Positions 9,441 through 20,452 of a DNA stretch of 64,000 nucleotides are shown piece after piece. Source of the DNA: Tissierellia bacterium (GTDB taxonomy: Bacteria; Bacillota; Clostridia; Tissierellales; Sedimentibacteraceae); contig JAAYOE010000037.1 in the NCBI GenBank assembly GCA_012520455.1, positions 6,027-70,026 of the forward strand, given 5' to 3'. The position numbers and the translations under genes were made by a program. Each line of letters opens with the position of its first letter. Within the stretch, counting starts at the first letter, position 1. Below the pieces are notes generated by a model. It had not been told where the DNA came from. It did no database searches and saw only the letters and a list, made by a program, of their open reading frames with translations.

Positions 9441-12400
9441 ACTGGACTGAAGAACAAAAGCAAATCATAGGTTTAAGGAATTCCAATATCTTGGTTTCAG
9501 CCGCGGCAGGCTCGGGGAAAACTGCCGTAATGGTGGAGAGGATAATTGAGCTTATAAAAAAGGGTGAAGACATAGATAAGTTTTTGGTTCTCACCTTCAC
9601 AAAGGCAGCAGCGGCTGGGATGAAGCAAAGGATACAAAAATCACTGATGAAGGCAGCTCAGGCCAAGGAAGGAAATGTAAATCATTTAAGAAGGCAATTA
9701 TCCCTCATAAACCGAGCAATGATCACTACGATTGACTCCTTCTGCATGGATCTTGTAAAGAAAAACTTCCATTTGGCCGATGTTGACCCGGATTTCAGGG
9801 TAGGGGACCAAAGCGAATTGACCATACTTTTGCAGGAAGCCATAGATGAAGCCTTAGAAGAAGAATATGAGAAAATCAATGATAATGATTCTTTCAGAAA
9901 ATTGGTTGAAGGGTTTACGGGGAACAGGGGGGATGAAGACCTCAGCCGGATTATTTTAACCCTTTACAGATTTATTTTAAGTTTTCCCGATCCTTTCCCC
10001 TGGCTCTGGGATAGTGTCGAGAAACTGAATATAAGGGGAGAAGAGCTTCAAAATTCAAACTGGCTTGATGAAATAAAAAGCTATTTTTTACTCTTGCTGG
10101 ATGGGGCCAAGGATTATATCCGAACAGCAATTGAAATATGTCTTGAACCTCACGGTCCCGGCCTTTATATGGAAACCCTGCAAAAGGATATGGACTTGGT
10201 TGACGGCCTCATAGGTCTTTTAGAGACCGATATGGGAGAATTCATGAGGGCCGTAAAGGAGTTTAAGGCACCAAAAGCCCCTCCTTTCAGAGAAAAGGAC
10301 CATCCGGAAGTGGATGTGGAAAAGCAAGTCGAAGTGGGGGGGTCAAAAAATAACAGGAGCCTAAGGATCAAATACAAGTCAATTATTGATTCAATCAAGA
10401 ATGATCTTCCTCATGACTTGGATTATGACAGGTATGCCCGGGAAATTAGAGAAATGTACGGCACCATGACCGCCTTGCGGGATTTAATAATCAAAACAGA
10501 TGAGTATTACAAGGAAAAAAAGAAGGAAAACTCCTTGGTTGATTTTAATGATTTGGAGCATTTGGCCTTAAAAATACTCAGAAATCCAGAAACTGCCTCA
10601 TACTACAGGAAGAAATACAAATACATATTCATAGACGAATACCAGGATTCCAACGGTCTGCAGGAAGCTATCATAAATCAAATCAAGAGAGAAGACAATT
10701 TGTTTATGGTGGGTGATGTCAAGCAGAGCATATACAGGTTCAGATTAGCAGACCCCGGCATATTTAATTCCAAGTATCGTGCCTTTAAGGAAGACATTGA
10801 AGCCCCCGGCGGAAAGAAAGCAAACAGGGCGATTGATTTGAACAAGAACTTCAGAAGCAGGGATGAAATATTAAAGGCTGTTAATTTCATATTCGGCAAG
10901 ATTATGACAAGGGAGTTGGGGGAAGTTGATTATGATGAAAAAGCTGCCTTGAATACGGGAAGCGATTTTCCGGGCTCTGTTCCGGTGGAATTGAATATCA
11001 TCCATAAAAATTCTCACCGGGAAGACCTTAATAGCAATAAGGATGAAGAGACAAGGGATGAAGATTTAAAAAGTGAGGCGGACCTGGAAATCGAATCCAT
11101 GGAGACGGCTGAACTTGAAGCCTTGTTTGCAGCACAGAGAATAAAGGACCTGGTGAAGGAAGAAATCTACACTTCCGGAAAAGGGGAGGCCAGGAAAACA
11201 GAATACAGGGATATTGTGATTTTGTTAAGGTCTGTTGCCGGCTGGGCAGGCATATTTGAAGATAGGTTTAACAGGGAAGGGATTCCATTTTATTACGACG
11301 GAGGCAAGGGATTCTATGAAACCTTAGAAGTAAAAATTATCCTGAATTTACTTAAACTCATCGACAACACCAGGCAGGATATACCCCTTTTAAGTGTTAT
11401 GAGATCTCCCTTAGGCAATTTTACAACGGAAGAATTATTGGAAATAAGGCTGAGTCATCCCGAAGAAAAATATTTCACACAAGCCCTGAATAAGTATATT
11501 CGCTCAGCCTGTGAAGGCGGGGAAGCTTCCGACTTGGCTCAAAGATTAAAAAGCTTCATGGATAAGATTTATGACTGGAATTACAGAAGCAGGTATATGC
11601 ACCTCAATGATTTAATATGGGATATATTGACGGAAACCAATTACTACAATTTTGCCGGAGCCCTCCCAAACGGGAAAGTAAGGCAGGCCAACCTGAGGAT
11701 GTTGGCCGATTTGGCCTCCGATTATGACAAGACATCAATGAGGGGTTTGTTTAAGTTCCTAAGGTACGTGGAAAAACTGGCCAAAGGCTCGGAAGACAGG
11801 GGACAAGCCAAAACCTTGGGGGAAAAGGACAATGTAGTGAGGCTGATGTCAATTCATAAGTCCAAGGGCTTGGAATTTCCCGTAGTTCTTATTTGCGGTC
11901 TCAACAAGCAGTTTAATCTTCAGGATACAAAAAATAAAATACTCCTTCACAAGGATTACGGAATTGCCCCTAAGTATGTCAATGTTGATGAAAGAACAGA
12001 AAGAGAAACATTGGCCCGAACTGCTATTAGGCTGAAAATTAAAAAAGAAAATATTTCTGAAGAGATGCGGGTTTTGTATGTTGCTATGACAAGACCCATA
12101 GACAGGTTAATTATGGCGGGGACAGTAAGCAAGTTAGAAAATAAGCACCCTAATTGGAGGAGGGGTTATTCCAAATATGCAGTCTACAAGGGCCTTTCAT
12201 ACATGGATTGGATTTGCGGCTGTCTGTTTGAAAGGACAAGCTTTGATAAATTCAATGAAATAATGAAAGAGGGCCGATGGAAAAACTGGAATTTGAATAT
12301 GATAAGGCCCTATGACTTAAGTTTAAACGCTAAGGAAGAAACAGACACAAAAATAAGCAAAATAGCAGGGATGAAGGATTTTAAAAAGAAAGAAAACAGC

Positions 12401-13144
12401 CCTCATTGCCGGGAGATAGACAGGCGGTTGAGCTTTAAATATCCTCATGGGGCTTCCGTGCACATACCTGCAAAGCTTTCCGTCACTGAGCTTAAGAATT
12501 TGGGAAGCAAGGAATTTACAAAATTGCGATATCATATTCCAACCTTGGTGGATGTTTTTAAATATGATGATAGGGACGAAAGATTTATTATAGATAAGGA
12601 CATCAAGGGGGCAGAAGTGGGAACCCTCCTCCACTTTGTAATGGAGCACCTGAATTTGAGGGGGGACTTGAAGAAACCATCCATAATAAAGACCATAAAT
12701 CAAATGAAAGAAAAGAAGCTCCTCACAGAAGCCGAGGCAGATATAGCCATTAACACCTATGCGGAAAAAATCGAAGATTTCTTCAAGAAGGACTTAGGCA
12801 GGAGAATTATCAATTCAAATTGTGTTTACAGGGAAGCTCCCTTTGTATTAAAAAAGCATGCCAAGGAAGTGATGGAGGCCCTTAGCGAAGAAGATTTGAT
12901 TCTCGTGCAGGGAATAATAGACTGCTATTTTATAGAGGACGGGGAAGCCGTAATCCTTGATTACAAAACTGACAGAATCGATGAAAGAGCTAATATATGC
13001 TCTCAAATCAACAAGCTTACGGAAGAATACCGGGACCAGGTGCTTTTGTACAGGGAAGCCGTGGAAAAACTCACCGGCTTAAGGGTTAAGGAAGCTTATT
13101 TATACTTTTTCTCAATAGGAAAAGAGGTTTTGGTGCCCTTTTAA
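9437..13144 (+). CDS. addA: ATP-dependent helicase/nuclease subunit A
   Basis: AAAGSGKT, LTFTKAAA, IDEYQD, VGDVKQSIYRFR, SIHKSKGLEF, LYVAMTR, nuclease QGIIDCYF..LDYKT; ATGA overlap with addB. Confidence 0.95.
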   Translation: MNWTEEQKQIIGLRNSNILVSAAAGSGKTAVMVERIIELIKKGEDIDKFLVLTFTKAAAAGMKQRIQKSLMKAAQAKEGNVNHLRRQLSLINRAMITTIDSFCMDLVKKNFHLADVDPDFRVGDQSELTILLQEAIDEALEEEYEKINDNDSFRKLVEGFTGNRGDEDLSRIILTLYRFILSFPDPFPWLWDSVEKLNIRGEELQNSNWLDEIKSYFLLLLDGAKDYIRTAIEICLEPHGPGLYMETLQKDMDLVDGLIGLLETDMGEFMRAVKEFKAPKAPPFREKDHPEVDVEKQVEVGGSKNNRSLRIKYKSIIDSIKNDLPHDLDYDRYAREIREMYGTMTALRDLIIKTDEYYKEKKKENSLVDFNDLEHLALKILRNPETASYYRKKYKYIFIDEYQDSNGLQEAIINQIKREDNLFMVGDVKQSIYRFRLADPGIFNSKYRAFKEDIEAPGGKKANRAIDLNKNFRSRDEILKAVNFIFGKIMTRELGEVDYDEKAALNTGSDFPGSVPVELNIIHKNSHREDLNSNKDEETRDEDLKSEADLEIESMETAELEALFAAQRIKDLVKEEIYTSGKGEARKTEYRDIVILLRSVAGWAGIFEDRFNREGIPFYYDGGKGFYETLEVKIILNLLKLIDNTRQDIPLLSVMRSPLGNFTTEELLEIRLSHPEEKYFTQALNKYIRSACEGGEASDLAQRLKSFMDKIYDWNYRSRYMHLNDLIWDILTETNYYNFAGALPNGKVRQANLRMLADLASDYDKTSMRGLFKFLRYVEKLAKGSEDRGQAKTLGEKDNVVRLMSIHKSKGLEFPVVLICGLNKQFNLQDTKNKILLHKDYGIAPKYVNVDERTERETLARTAIRLKIKKENISEEMRVLYVAMTRPIDRLIMAGTVSKLENKHPNWRRGYSKYAVYKGLSYMDWICGCLFERTSFDKFNEIMKEGRWKNWNLNMIRPYDLSLNAKEETDTKISKIAGMKDFKKKENSPHCREIDRRLSFKYPHGASVHIPAKLSVTELKNLGSKEFTKLRYHIPTLVDVFKYDDRDERFIIDKDIKGAEVGTLLHFVMEHLNLRGDLKKPSIIKTINQMKEKKLLTEAEADIAINTYAEKIEDFFKKDLGRRIINSNCVYREAPFVLKKHAKEVMEALSEEDLILVQGIIDCYFIEDGEAVILDYKTDRIDERANICSQINKLTEEYRDQVLLYREAVEKLTGLRVKEAYLYFFSIGKEVLVPF

Positions 13145-13169
13145 GACCTGGGGTGCCGAAGTTATTTAA

Positions 13170-13198
13170 TTGACGAATTACTGATTTTGTGCTAAACT
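13170..13198 (+). promoter_or_regulatory. Sigma-A promoter for deoC
   Basis: TTGACG-17-TAAACT. Confidence 0.6.
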
Positions 13199-13227
13199 TA
13201 TTCTATAAAAAAGTGATGGAGGCAGGT

Positions 13228-13878
13228 ATGGACCATTCGGAAATCTTGAAATATGTTGACCACACATTATTAAAACCCTATGCCACCTGGGAGGACATAG
13301 GTATCTTATGCGATGAAGCAATAAGGTATCAAACAGCATCCGTATGCATACCTCCCAATTACATAAAAAGAGTCCATGATACATATGGGGAAAGGGTAAA
13401 TATTTGTACTGTTGTGGGCTTTCCTTTAGGATATTCCACTTGCGGAGCAAAGCTAGAAGAATGCATATTAGCTTTAAAAGACGGTGCCAATGAAATTGAC
13501 ATGGTCATAAATATTACTGATGTTAAAAACAAAGATTATAAAAAAGTGGAAGATGAAATCCGCAAAATTAAAGAAACCATAGGAAATCATATATTAAAGG
13601 TCATAATTGAAACCTGTTATTTGACGACAGAAGAAAAAATCGAAATGTGTCATGCAGTGACAAATGCCGGTGCTGATTATATCAAGACTTCAACCGGTTT
13701 TGGGACCGGAGGGGCCACGATGGAGGATATTGACCTCTTCAAAAAACATTTAGGACCAAATGTGAAAATCAAAGCTTCCGGCGGAATTCGGACCATAGAG
13801 GATATGGAAGCTTTCATCGAAGCAGGCTGCTCAAGATTAGGAACCTCTTCGGCCGTAAAATTGATAAATAACGCTTAG
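13228..13878 (+). CDS. deoC: Deoxyribose-phosphate aldolase
   Basis: VDHTLLKP, VVGFPLG, EIDMVINI, YIKTSTGF, IKASGGIR; start at ATG 13228 after GGAGG. Confidence 0.95.
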   Translation: MDHSEILKYVDHTLLKPYATWEDIGILCDEAIRYQTASVCIPPNYIKRVHDTYGERVNICTVVGFPLGYSTCGAKLEECILALKDGANEIDMVINITDVKNKDYKKVEDEIRKIKETIGNHILKVIIETCYLTTEEKIEMCHAVTNAGADYIKTSTGFGTGGATMEDIDLFKKHLGPNVKIKASGGIRTIEDMEAFIEAGCSRLGTSSAVKLINNA

Positions 13879-13923
13879 CGTTTATTTATATAATATTATT
13901 AAAAAAATGGAGGAATTAATATC

Positions 13924-15099
13924 ATGAAACTATGGAGAAGGTTGGCTGTTGTTGTACTTGTTTTCCTGATGATTTTTGCTTTTTCGGCATGTGCAAAAAA
14001 TGAACCGGCACCACAGGAAGAACCGGAAACACCTGAAACGCCGGAAGAGCCTGAAACACCGGAAGAGCCTGCAGCTAATGTTTTTGAGTTAGCCTTGATC
14101 ACTGACGTTGGAACAATTGACGACAAATCATTTAACCAAGGCGCTTGGGAAGGCGTAGAAGCTTACGCTAAGGAAAATAACATTACATATAAATACTATC
14201 AGCCGGCTGAGCAATCGGACACTGCTTATCTTGACTCGATCGCTTTAGCGGTAAAAGCCGGAGCAAAGGTTATTGTATGCCCCGGATTCTTGTTTGAAGT
14301 GCCGATTCATACAGCACAAACAATGTATCCGGATGTAAAGTTTGTGATTCTTGACGGGGCACCCCATGCAGGTGACTACAATATTGAAATTGCCGACAAC
14401 ACCTATTCCATATTCTATGCTGAAGAAGAAGCAGGTTTCTTAGCAGGCTACAGCATAGTGAAAGAAGGTTATACCAAGTTAGGGTTTATGGGCGGTATGG
14501 CTGTTCCGGCAGTTGTTCGTTTCGGATACGGATTTGTTCAGGGTGCTGAATATGCAGCCCATGAAATTGGGTTGACAGATCCTGTACAGGTCAAATACAC
14601 CTATGTAGGAAACTTTAATGCTACTCCTGAAAACCAGGCAAAGGCTTCTTCATGGTACAATGAAGGTACCGAAGTTATATTTGCATGCGGCGGTGCCGTA
14701 GGTAACTCGGTTATGAAGGCAGCAGAAGCAGCAGGAACGAAGGTAATCGGTGTTGACGTTGACCAATCGGCAGAATCTGAGACAGTAATAACTTCATCAA
14801 TGAAGAACCTTTCAAAATCCGTGTATGATGCTTTAGCAGCATATTATGCAGGAAACTTCCCGGGAGGAACTTCGGTTTCATTGGATGCTACAGTTGAAGG
14901 TGTTCAATTACCTATGGAAAATTCAAGGTTCGAAAACTTCACACAAGCTGACTATGATGCAATCTACGCTAAAATAGTTGCAAAAGAAATAGAAATAATG
15001 AATGATTCAGATGTTGTTGAAGATGCAGGAAAACCCGCAGAAGAAGTAACAGCTGCAGATATTCCGGTAAGCAAGGTTGAGGTAGAAGTTATTAATTAG
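13924..15099 (+). CDS. BMP-family (nucleoside) ABC transporter substrate-binding lipoprotein
   Basis: Lipobox FSAC; DDKSFNQGAWEG, EVIFACGG, IGVDVDQS. Confidence 0.9.
   Translation: MKLWRRLAVVVLVFLMIFAFSACAKNEPAPQEEPETPETPEEPETPEEPAANVFELALITDVGTIDDKSFNQGAWEGVEAYAKENNITYKYYQPAEQSDTAYLDSIALAVKAGAKVIVCPGFLFEVPIHTAQTMYPDVKFVILDGAPHAGDYNIEIADNTYSIFYAEEEAGFLAGYSIVKEGYTKLGFMGGMAVPAVVRFGYGFVQGAEYAAHEIGLTDPVQVKYTYVGNFNATPENQAKASSWYNEGTEVIFACGGAVGNSVMKAAEAAGTKVIGVDVDQSAESETVITSSMKNLSKSVYDALAAYYAGNFPGGTSVSLDATVEGVQLPMENSRFENFTQADYDAIYAKIVAKEIEIMNDSDVVEDAGKPAEEVTAADIPVSKVEVEVIN
14011..14070 (+). repeat. In-frame Pro/Glu/Thr linker repeat (PQEEPETPETPEEPETPEEP)
   Basis: Short imperfect GAAACACC/GAAGAGCCT units after the lipobox. 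Confidence 0.8.
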
Positions 15100-15115
15100 G
15101 ATATTGTTTTGATTT

Positions 15116-15170
15116 GGGACACCCTCTTACTATCATAGGAAATCCTATATTAGAGGTGTGTCCCTGTTTT
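15116..15170 (+). terminator. Intercistronic stem-loop/attenuator after substrate-binding gene
   Basis: GGGACAC-CCTCT...AGAGG-TGTGTCCC then TGTTTT. Confidence 0.6.
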
Positions 15171-15196
15171 CCATATCAGTAGATGGCGGTGGTTAG

Positions 15197-16729
15197 ATGG
15201 AATACGTTGTTGAAATGAACAATATTACCAAAATATTCGGTAATTTTAAAGCTCTTGATGATGTAACCTTTAAGGTGAGAAAAGGGGAAGTTCATGCCCT
15301 CTTAGGAGAGAACGGAGCCGGCAAATCTACCTTGATGAGCATCTTGTTCGGTTTATATCAAGCAGAAAAGGGCAGTATAAGAATTAACGAAAAACCCGTT
15401 AAAATAAACAACCCCAATGATGCAAGCTCTTTGAAAATCGGCATGGTACACCAGCACTTCAAATTGGTTCATAATTTTACCGTGCTTGAAAGCATCATCT
15501 TAGGCAGGGAAACCGTAAAAATGGGTGTCATTAAGAAGGACGAGGCAAGAAAAAAAGTTATTGAACTCAGTGAGCGTTATAAGTTAAGAATAGACCCGGA
15601 TGCCTACATATCGGATATTACCGTTGGTATGCAGCAGAGGGTTGAAATACTCAAGATGCTGTATTCTGACAGCGAAATATTGATTTTTGATGAGCCTACG
15701 GCTGTTTTAACGCCACAGGAAATAGAAGAACTGATGAAGATAATGAAGGAATTGGTTAAGGAAGGAAAATCAATTATTTTCATCTCCCATAAATTAAATG
15801 AAATTAAAGCGGTAGCCGACAGGTGCACGGTTTTGAGAAAGGGAAAATACATCGGAACCGTTGACGTAGAAACAACCAGTAAAGAACAAATGTCAGAAAT
15901 GATGGTGGGACGAAAAATAAGTTTTAACATAGAGAAGAAAGATATCAAAACGGGGGAAGCGGTTTTAGAGGTTGAAAATCTTACAATAAAGGCCAAAAAT
16001 TCCAAGAAAAACATGGTAAATAACGTCTCCTTTGCCGTAAAAGGGGGAGAAATTCTCTGCATAGCCGGGATTGACGGCAATGGTCAATCCGAGCTGGTTT
16101 ACGGTATAACAGGACTAATGCCCATACAGGAAGGCCGAGTATTAATAAAGGGCAAGGATATAACCAGGGAATCGGTAAGGAAGAAAAGCCTGGACGGCAT
16201 GTCCCACATACCTGAGGACAGGCATAAACACGGGCTGGTTTTGGATTTTAACCTTCAACAAAACGCGGTTTTGCAAACCTATTTTGAGCCCCGTTTTCAA
16301 AATAAAGGATTTATAAAGTTTAATGCCGTAGCGGAATATGCCAGAAAGTTAATTAAACAATACGATATAAGAAGTCCCAGGGATGAAGATTCAATAGTGA
16401 GAAACATGTCCGGCGGAAACCAGCAAAAGCTTATAGTTGCCAGGGAGCTTGACAGGGATCCTGATATTGTAATTGCTGTTCAGCCCACCAGGGGATTGGA
16501 TATAGGAGCTACGGAATACATTCATAAGCAGCTGGTAGCTCAGAGGGACCAGGGAAAAGCGGTGCTTTTGGTATCCTTGGAGCTTGATGAGGTAATGGAT
16601 ATAAGCGATAGGATCTTGGTGATCTACGAGGGAGAAATTGTGGGAGATTTAAACCCAAAAGAAATTACGGTAGAAGAATTGGGCCTTTATATGGCCGGAT
16701 CAAAAAGGAGTGGTGGATATGAGAACTAA
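15197..16729 (+). CDS. Nucleoside/sugar ABC transporter ATP-binding protein (two ABC domains)
   Basis: GENGAGKST, IFDEPTAVL, MSGGNQQK, QPTRGLD. Confidence 0.92.
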   Translation: MEYVVEMNNITKIFGNFKALDDVTFKVRKGEVHALLGENGAGKSTLMSILFGLYQAEKGSIRINEKPVKINNPNDASSLKIGMVHQHFKLVHNFTVLESIILGRETVKMGVIKKDEARKKVIELSERYKLRIDPDAYISDITVGMQQRVEILKMLYSDSEILIFDEPTAVLTPQEIEELMKIMKELVKEGKSIIFISHKLNEIKAVADRCTVLRKGKYIGTVDVETTSKEQMSEMMVGRKISFNIEKKDIKTGEAVLEVENLTIKAKNSKKNMVNNVSFAVKGGEILCIAGIDGNGQSELVYGITGLMPIQEGRVLIKGKDITRESVRKKSLDGMSHIPEDRHKHGLVLDFNLQQNAVLQTYFEPRFQNKGFIKFNAVAEYARKLIKQYDIRSPRDEDSIVRNMSGGNQQKLIVARELDRDPDIVIAVQPTRGLDIGATEYIHKQLVAQRDQGKAVLLVSLELDEVMDISDRILVIYEGEIVGDLNPKEITVEELGLYMAGSKRSGGYEN

Positions 16730-17900
16730 ACTGTTTCAGTATGAAGGGATTACCTCTTTTTTATCATCCCTGTCAGCTATTGCCGCAGGACTCCTTGTTG
16801 GTCTGATCATATTGCTGGTGAGTAATTCACAAGATGCCTTTCCTGCTTTTGTAATGATATTAAAGGGAGGTTTTGAAGATGGGTCCAGGGGTTTGGCCCA
16901 GGTCATATATTTTGCCATACCCATAATAATGACCGGTTTATCCGTAGGCTTTGCTTTTAAAACGGGCCTGTTCAATATAGGAGCATCGGGTCAGTTCAAA
17001 ATGGGTGCTTTTGTTGCAATTTATATAGGGATCAAGTGGTCCTTCGTTCCCGAAGAGATACACTGGCTTGTTGCCTTGTTGGGTGCCATGGTCGCAGGAG
17101 CTGTCTGGGGCTCTGTACCCGGTATACTGAATGCTTTTTTCAATGTAAATGTAGTCATAACATCCATAATGATGAATTATATAGGGATGTACTTAGTTAA
17201 TATGGCCATAGTGAAGACAGTGTATGATTCTTTGAAAAACCAGACAAAACCTGTCTTAAAGAGCGCAGTCCTGCCCAAGGCAGGCATGGATAAACTTTTT
17301 AATACAAGCAATGTCAGCATCGGAATATTCATAGTAATCATAGCCGTAATAGCAATCTATATAATACTGCATAAAACTACCTTCGGATACGAATTAAAAG
17401 CCTGCGGAAGCAACAGGGAGGCCAGCAGGTATGCCGGAATCAACGAAAAGAAAAGCATAATATTGTCAATGGTAATAGCAGGTGCCCTGTCCGGTTTGGG
17501 GGGAGGACTCTTATATCTTTCGGGCTCAGGCAAATATATACATGTATTGGATGAATTAGCGCCGGAAGGATTCAGCGGTATTTCCGTAGCCCTCTTAGGC
17601 ATGTCCCACCCTATAGGGATTTTTCTTGCAGGTTTATTCATAGCCCATTTAGAGGTGGGGGGATTTAACATCCAGCTTTACAATTTCGTACCTGAAATCA
17701 TAGATATGATAATATCGGTAATTATTTACTGCGGAGCTTTTGCCTTATTATTTAAACAAATAATCAGCAGGTTTGTTACCAAGCCTGTTATAGATACTGA
17801 TACAAGCGGTATTGAACCGGCAATGATTTCTCAAGCTAATGACACCTCTGATATGGGTGGAGCGGAAGATAAAAGAGGCCATGGGGAGGATAAGATATGA
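16719..17900 (+). CDS. Nucleoside ABC transporter permease 1
   Basis: KTGLFNIGASGQ, T.FGYELKACGSN..ASRYAG, GFSGISVALLG. Confidence 0.88.
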   Translation: MRTKLFQYEGITSFLSSLSAIAAGLLVGLIILLVSNSQDAFPAFVMILKGGFEDGSRGLAQVIYFAIPIIMTGLSVGFAFKTGLFNIGASGQFKMGAFVAIYIGIKWSFVPEEIHWLVALLGAMVAGAVWGSVPGILNAFFNVNVVITSIMMNYIGMYLVNMAIVKTVYDSLKNQTKPVLKSAVLPKAGMDKLFNTSNVSIGIFIVIIAVIAIYIILHKTTFGYELKACGSNREASRYAGINEKKSIILSMVIAGALSGLGGGLLYLSGSGKYIHVLDELAPEGFSGISVALLGMSHPIGIFLAGLFIAHLEVGGFNIQLYNFVPEIIDMIISVIIYCGAFALLFKQIISRFVTKPVIDTDTSGIEPAMISQANDTSDMGGAEDKRGHGEDKI

Positions 17901-18850
17901 GTACGGTTTATTTTATAGCACAGCAAACAATGTATTTTGCAATTCCTCTTTTGGTAGTTGCTTTAGGCGGAATGTTCGCTGAAAGAAGCGGTGTTGTAAA
18001 CATTGCCCTGGAAGGAATAATGATAGTGGGGGCCTTCTTTGGAATCGGATTTATTAATATCTATCAGAATACAATGACCGGACAAGGCCTTTTAATTTTG
18101 GCTGTTTTGGTAGCAGCCTTGTCGGGTGCCTTATTTTCACTCTTTCATGCTTTTGCATCGATTAATTTAAAAGCAGACCAGACCATAAGCGGAACAGCCT
18201 TAAACATGTTTGCTCCTGCCTTTGCCATATATACGGCCAGAATGCTTCAGGGAGTTCAGCAAATTCAATTCATGGACACCTTTTATATAAGGAGTGTTCC
18301 TATATTAGGCGACATCCCCATATTAGGTCCCATTCTCTTTAAGAACGCTTACATCACCACCTATATAGGACTTTTTATCGCCCTGATTTCATGGTTTGTG
18401 ATTAACCATACCAGGTTCGGCTTGAGGCTCAGGGCCTGCGGGGAACATCCCCAGGCTGCAGATTCAGTGGGTATAAATGTTTACCGGATAAGGTATGCGG
18501 GCGTAATTATTTCAGGCATTTTAGCAGGAATAGGGGGGCTTACCTTTGTAGTGCCCACAAGTACAAACTTTAATGCAACTGTAGCCGGTTATGGTTTCTT
18601 GGCATTAGCAGTACTAATCTTCGGCCAATGGAGAACAAATAAGGTGTTTGCAGCAGCATTTTTCTTTGGGATAATGAAGACTTTTGCATCAGCTTACTCG
18701 GGGATTCCCTTCCTAAAGGGGCTGCCTATTTCAAACGAAGTCTATAAGATGATTCCATATATAGCAACCTTGATTGTGTTGACCTTCTCTTCTAAGAACT
18801 CACAGGCACCGAGAGCGGAAGGAATTCCATATGACAAAGGAAGCAGATAA
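17897..18850 (+). CDS. Nucleoside ABC transporter permease 2
   Basis: ERSGVVNIALEG, TRFGLRLRACGEHPQAADSVG, PYIATLIVL. Confidence 0.88.
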   Translation: MSTVYFIAQQTMYFAIPLLVVALGGMFAERSGVVNIALEGIMIVGAFFGIGFINIYQNTMTGQGLLILAVLVAALSGALFSLFHAFASINLKADQTISGTALNMFAPAFAIYTARMLQGVQQIQFMDTFYIRSVPILGDIPILGPILFKNAYITTYIGLFIALISWFVINHTRFGLRLRACGEHPQAADSVGINVYRIRYAGVIISGILAGIGGLTFVVPTSTNFNATVAGYGFLALAVLIFGQWRTNKVFAAAFFFGIMKTFASAYSGIPFLKGLPISNEVYKMIPYIATLIVLTFSSKNSQAPRAEGIPYDKGSR

Positions 18851-18871
18851 TATATAAAAGGGGAGAATAGG

Positions 18872-20437
18872 ATGTTTGCCGATAATAAAATTTGGATTGG
18901 TAAAAGTGACAAAAGGGTATATTTAGAGCCTAAGATGGCTAACAGGCACGGCCTGGTGGCAGGAGCCACAGGCACGGGAAAAACAATTACCTTAAAAGTA
19001 TTGTCCGAGTCTTTCAGCGATATGGGCGTTCCTGTTTTTATCGCCGATATCAAGGGAGACCTGGCAAGTATAGCTATTGCCGGTACTGATAATGAAAACA
19101 TGAGGGAAAGAATAGGACGTTTCGGAATAGAAAATTTTTCTTACAAGGGATTCCCCGTCCAGTTTTGGGATGTCTACGGGGAAGGCGGTATACCGGTAAG
19201 GACAACCGTTACTGAAATGGGACCCTTGATGCTTTCAAGAATATTAGATTTAAATGAAACCCAGGCAGGTGTCTTGAGCATTGTATTCAGGGTGGCGGAC
19301 GAAAAAGGGCTCTTGCTTTTGGACTTGAAGGATTTGCGGGCAATGGTTCGCTATGTGGGTGATAATGCCGGTGATTTCAGGATGAAATACGGCAACATAT
19401 CATCTCAAAGCATAGGTGCTATTCTAAGGAGCCTGCTGACCTTAGAAGACCAAGGGGGTGACTTTTTCTTCGGAGAGCCTGAACTTGATATCATGGACTG
19501 GATAAAAACAAGTTCTGACGGAAGAGGAATAATAAATGTTCTCCACTGTGCAAAATTATTCTTAAATCCCTTGTTATATTCTACATTTTTGTTATGGATG
19601 CTTTCGGAATTATATGAAAACCTTCCTGAAGAAGGAGATTTGGACAAGCCTAAAATGGTATTCTTCTTTGACGAAGCCCACCTTCTTTTCGAAGATGCTC
19701 CCAAACAGCTCCTTGATAAAATTGAATTGGTGGTTCGTTTAATTCGGTCCAAGGGAGTAGGGGTTTATTTCGTAACACAAAATCCGGCGGATGTGCCTAA
19801 TGATATTTTGGGCCAGTTAGGAAACAGGATTCAGCATGCCTTGAGGGCATATACACCTGCTGAAAGGAAAAAGGTGGTTACGGCAGCGGAAACCTTCCGC
19901 GAAAATCCTGAATTTGATACAGTGGAAGCAATAACCCAGCTTGGAACAGGTGAGGCTCTGATTTCATGCCTTGATGAAAAAGGCATACCCTCCGTGGTTG
20001 AACGGGCATTCATTCTTCCACCTCAGAGCCAGTTTGGAACAATAGACGATATGCTGAGAAATCAAATAATTGTAACCACTCCTGCCTATAAGAAATATTA
20101 CAAGGCCATTGACAGGGAATCAGCTTATGAGATGCTTACGGAAAGGGCTGAAAGAAAACGGGAGGAAGACCTCCTTGAACTTCAGAGATTAGAAGAAGAA
20201 AAACGCCTCAAGATGGAAGCCAAGGAAGAAGAAAAGAGGCTTAAGGAAGAGGAAAAAAGGCTTAAAGCGGAAGAAAGAGAGAGGGAAAGACAGCGAAAAG
20301 AGTTGGAAAAAACCATGAAAAAGTCAACCAACCGTTTGACCTCCGTGGAAAGGGTAACTAATTCGGCTATGAGTGCAATAGGGAGAGAAGTGGGACGGTC
20401 GCTTATAAGAGGAATCTTAGGCACCTTAAAGAAATAA
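18872..20437 (+). CDS. DUF853/YjgR-family HerA-like ATPase
   Basis: [15 protein letters not shown] Walker A, FFFDEAH Walker [18 protein letters not shown]; charged coiled-coil tail. Confidence 0.88.
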   Translation: MFADNKIWIGKSDKRVYLEPKMANRHGLVAGATGTGKTITLKVLSESFSDMGVPVFIADIKGDLASIAIAGTDNENMRERIGRFGIENFSYKGFPVQFWDVYGEGGIPVRTTVTEMGPLMLSRILDLNETQAGVLSIVFRVADEKGLLLLDLKDLRAMVRYVGDNAGDFRMKYGNISSQSIGAILRSLLTLEDQGGDFFFGEPELDIMDWIKTSSDGRGIINVLHCAKLFLNPLLYSTFLLWMLSELYENLPEEGDLDKPKMVFFFDEAHLLFEDAPKQLLDKIELVVRLIRSKGVGVYFVTQNPADVPNDILGQLGNRIQHALRAYTPAERKKVVTAAETFRENPEFDTVEAITQLGTGEALISCLDEKGIPSVVERAFILPPQSQFGTIDDMLRNQIIVTTPAYKKYYKAIDRESAYEMLTERAERKREEDLLELQRLEEEKRLKMEAKEEEKRLKEEEKRLKAEERERERQRKELEKTMKKSTNRLTSVERVTNSAMSAIGREVGRSLIRGILGTLKK

Positions 20438-20452
20438 CTAAGTTCAGATACC

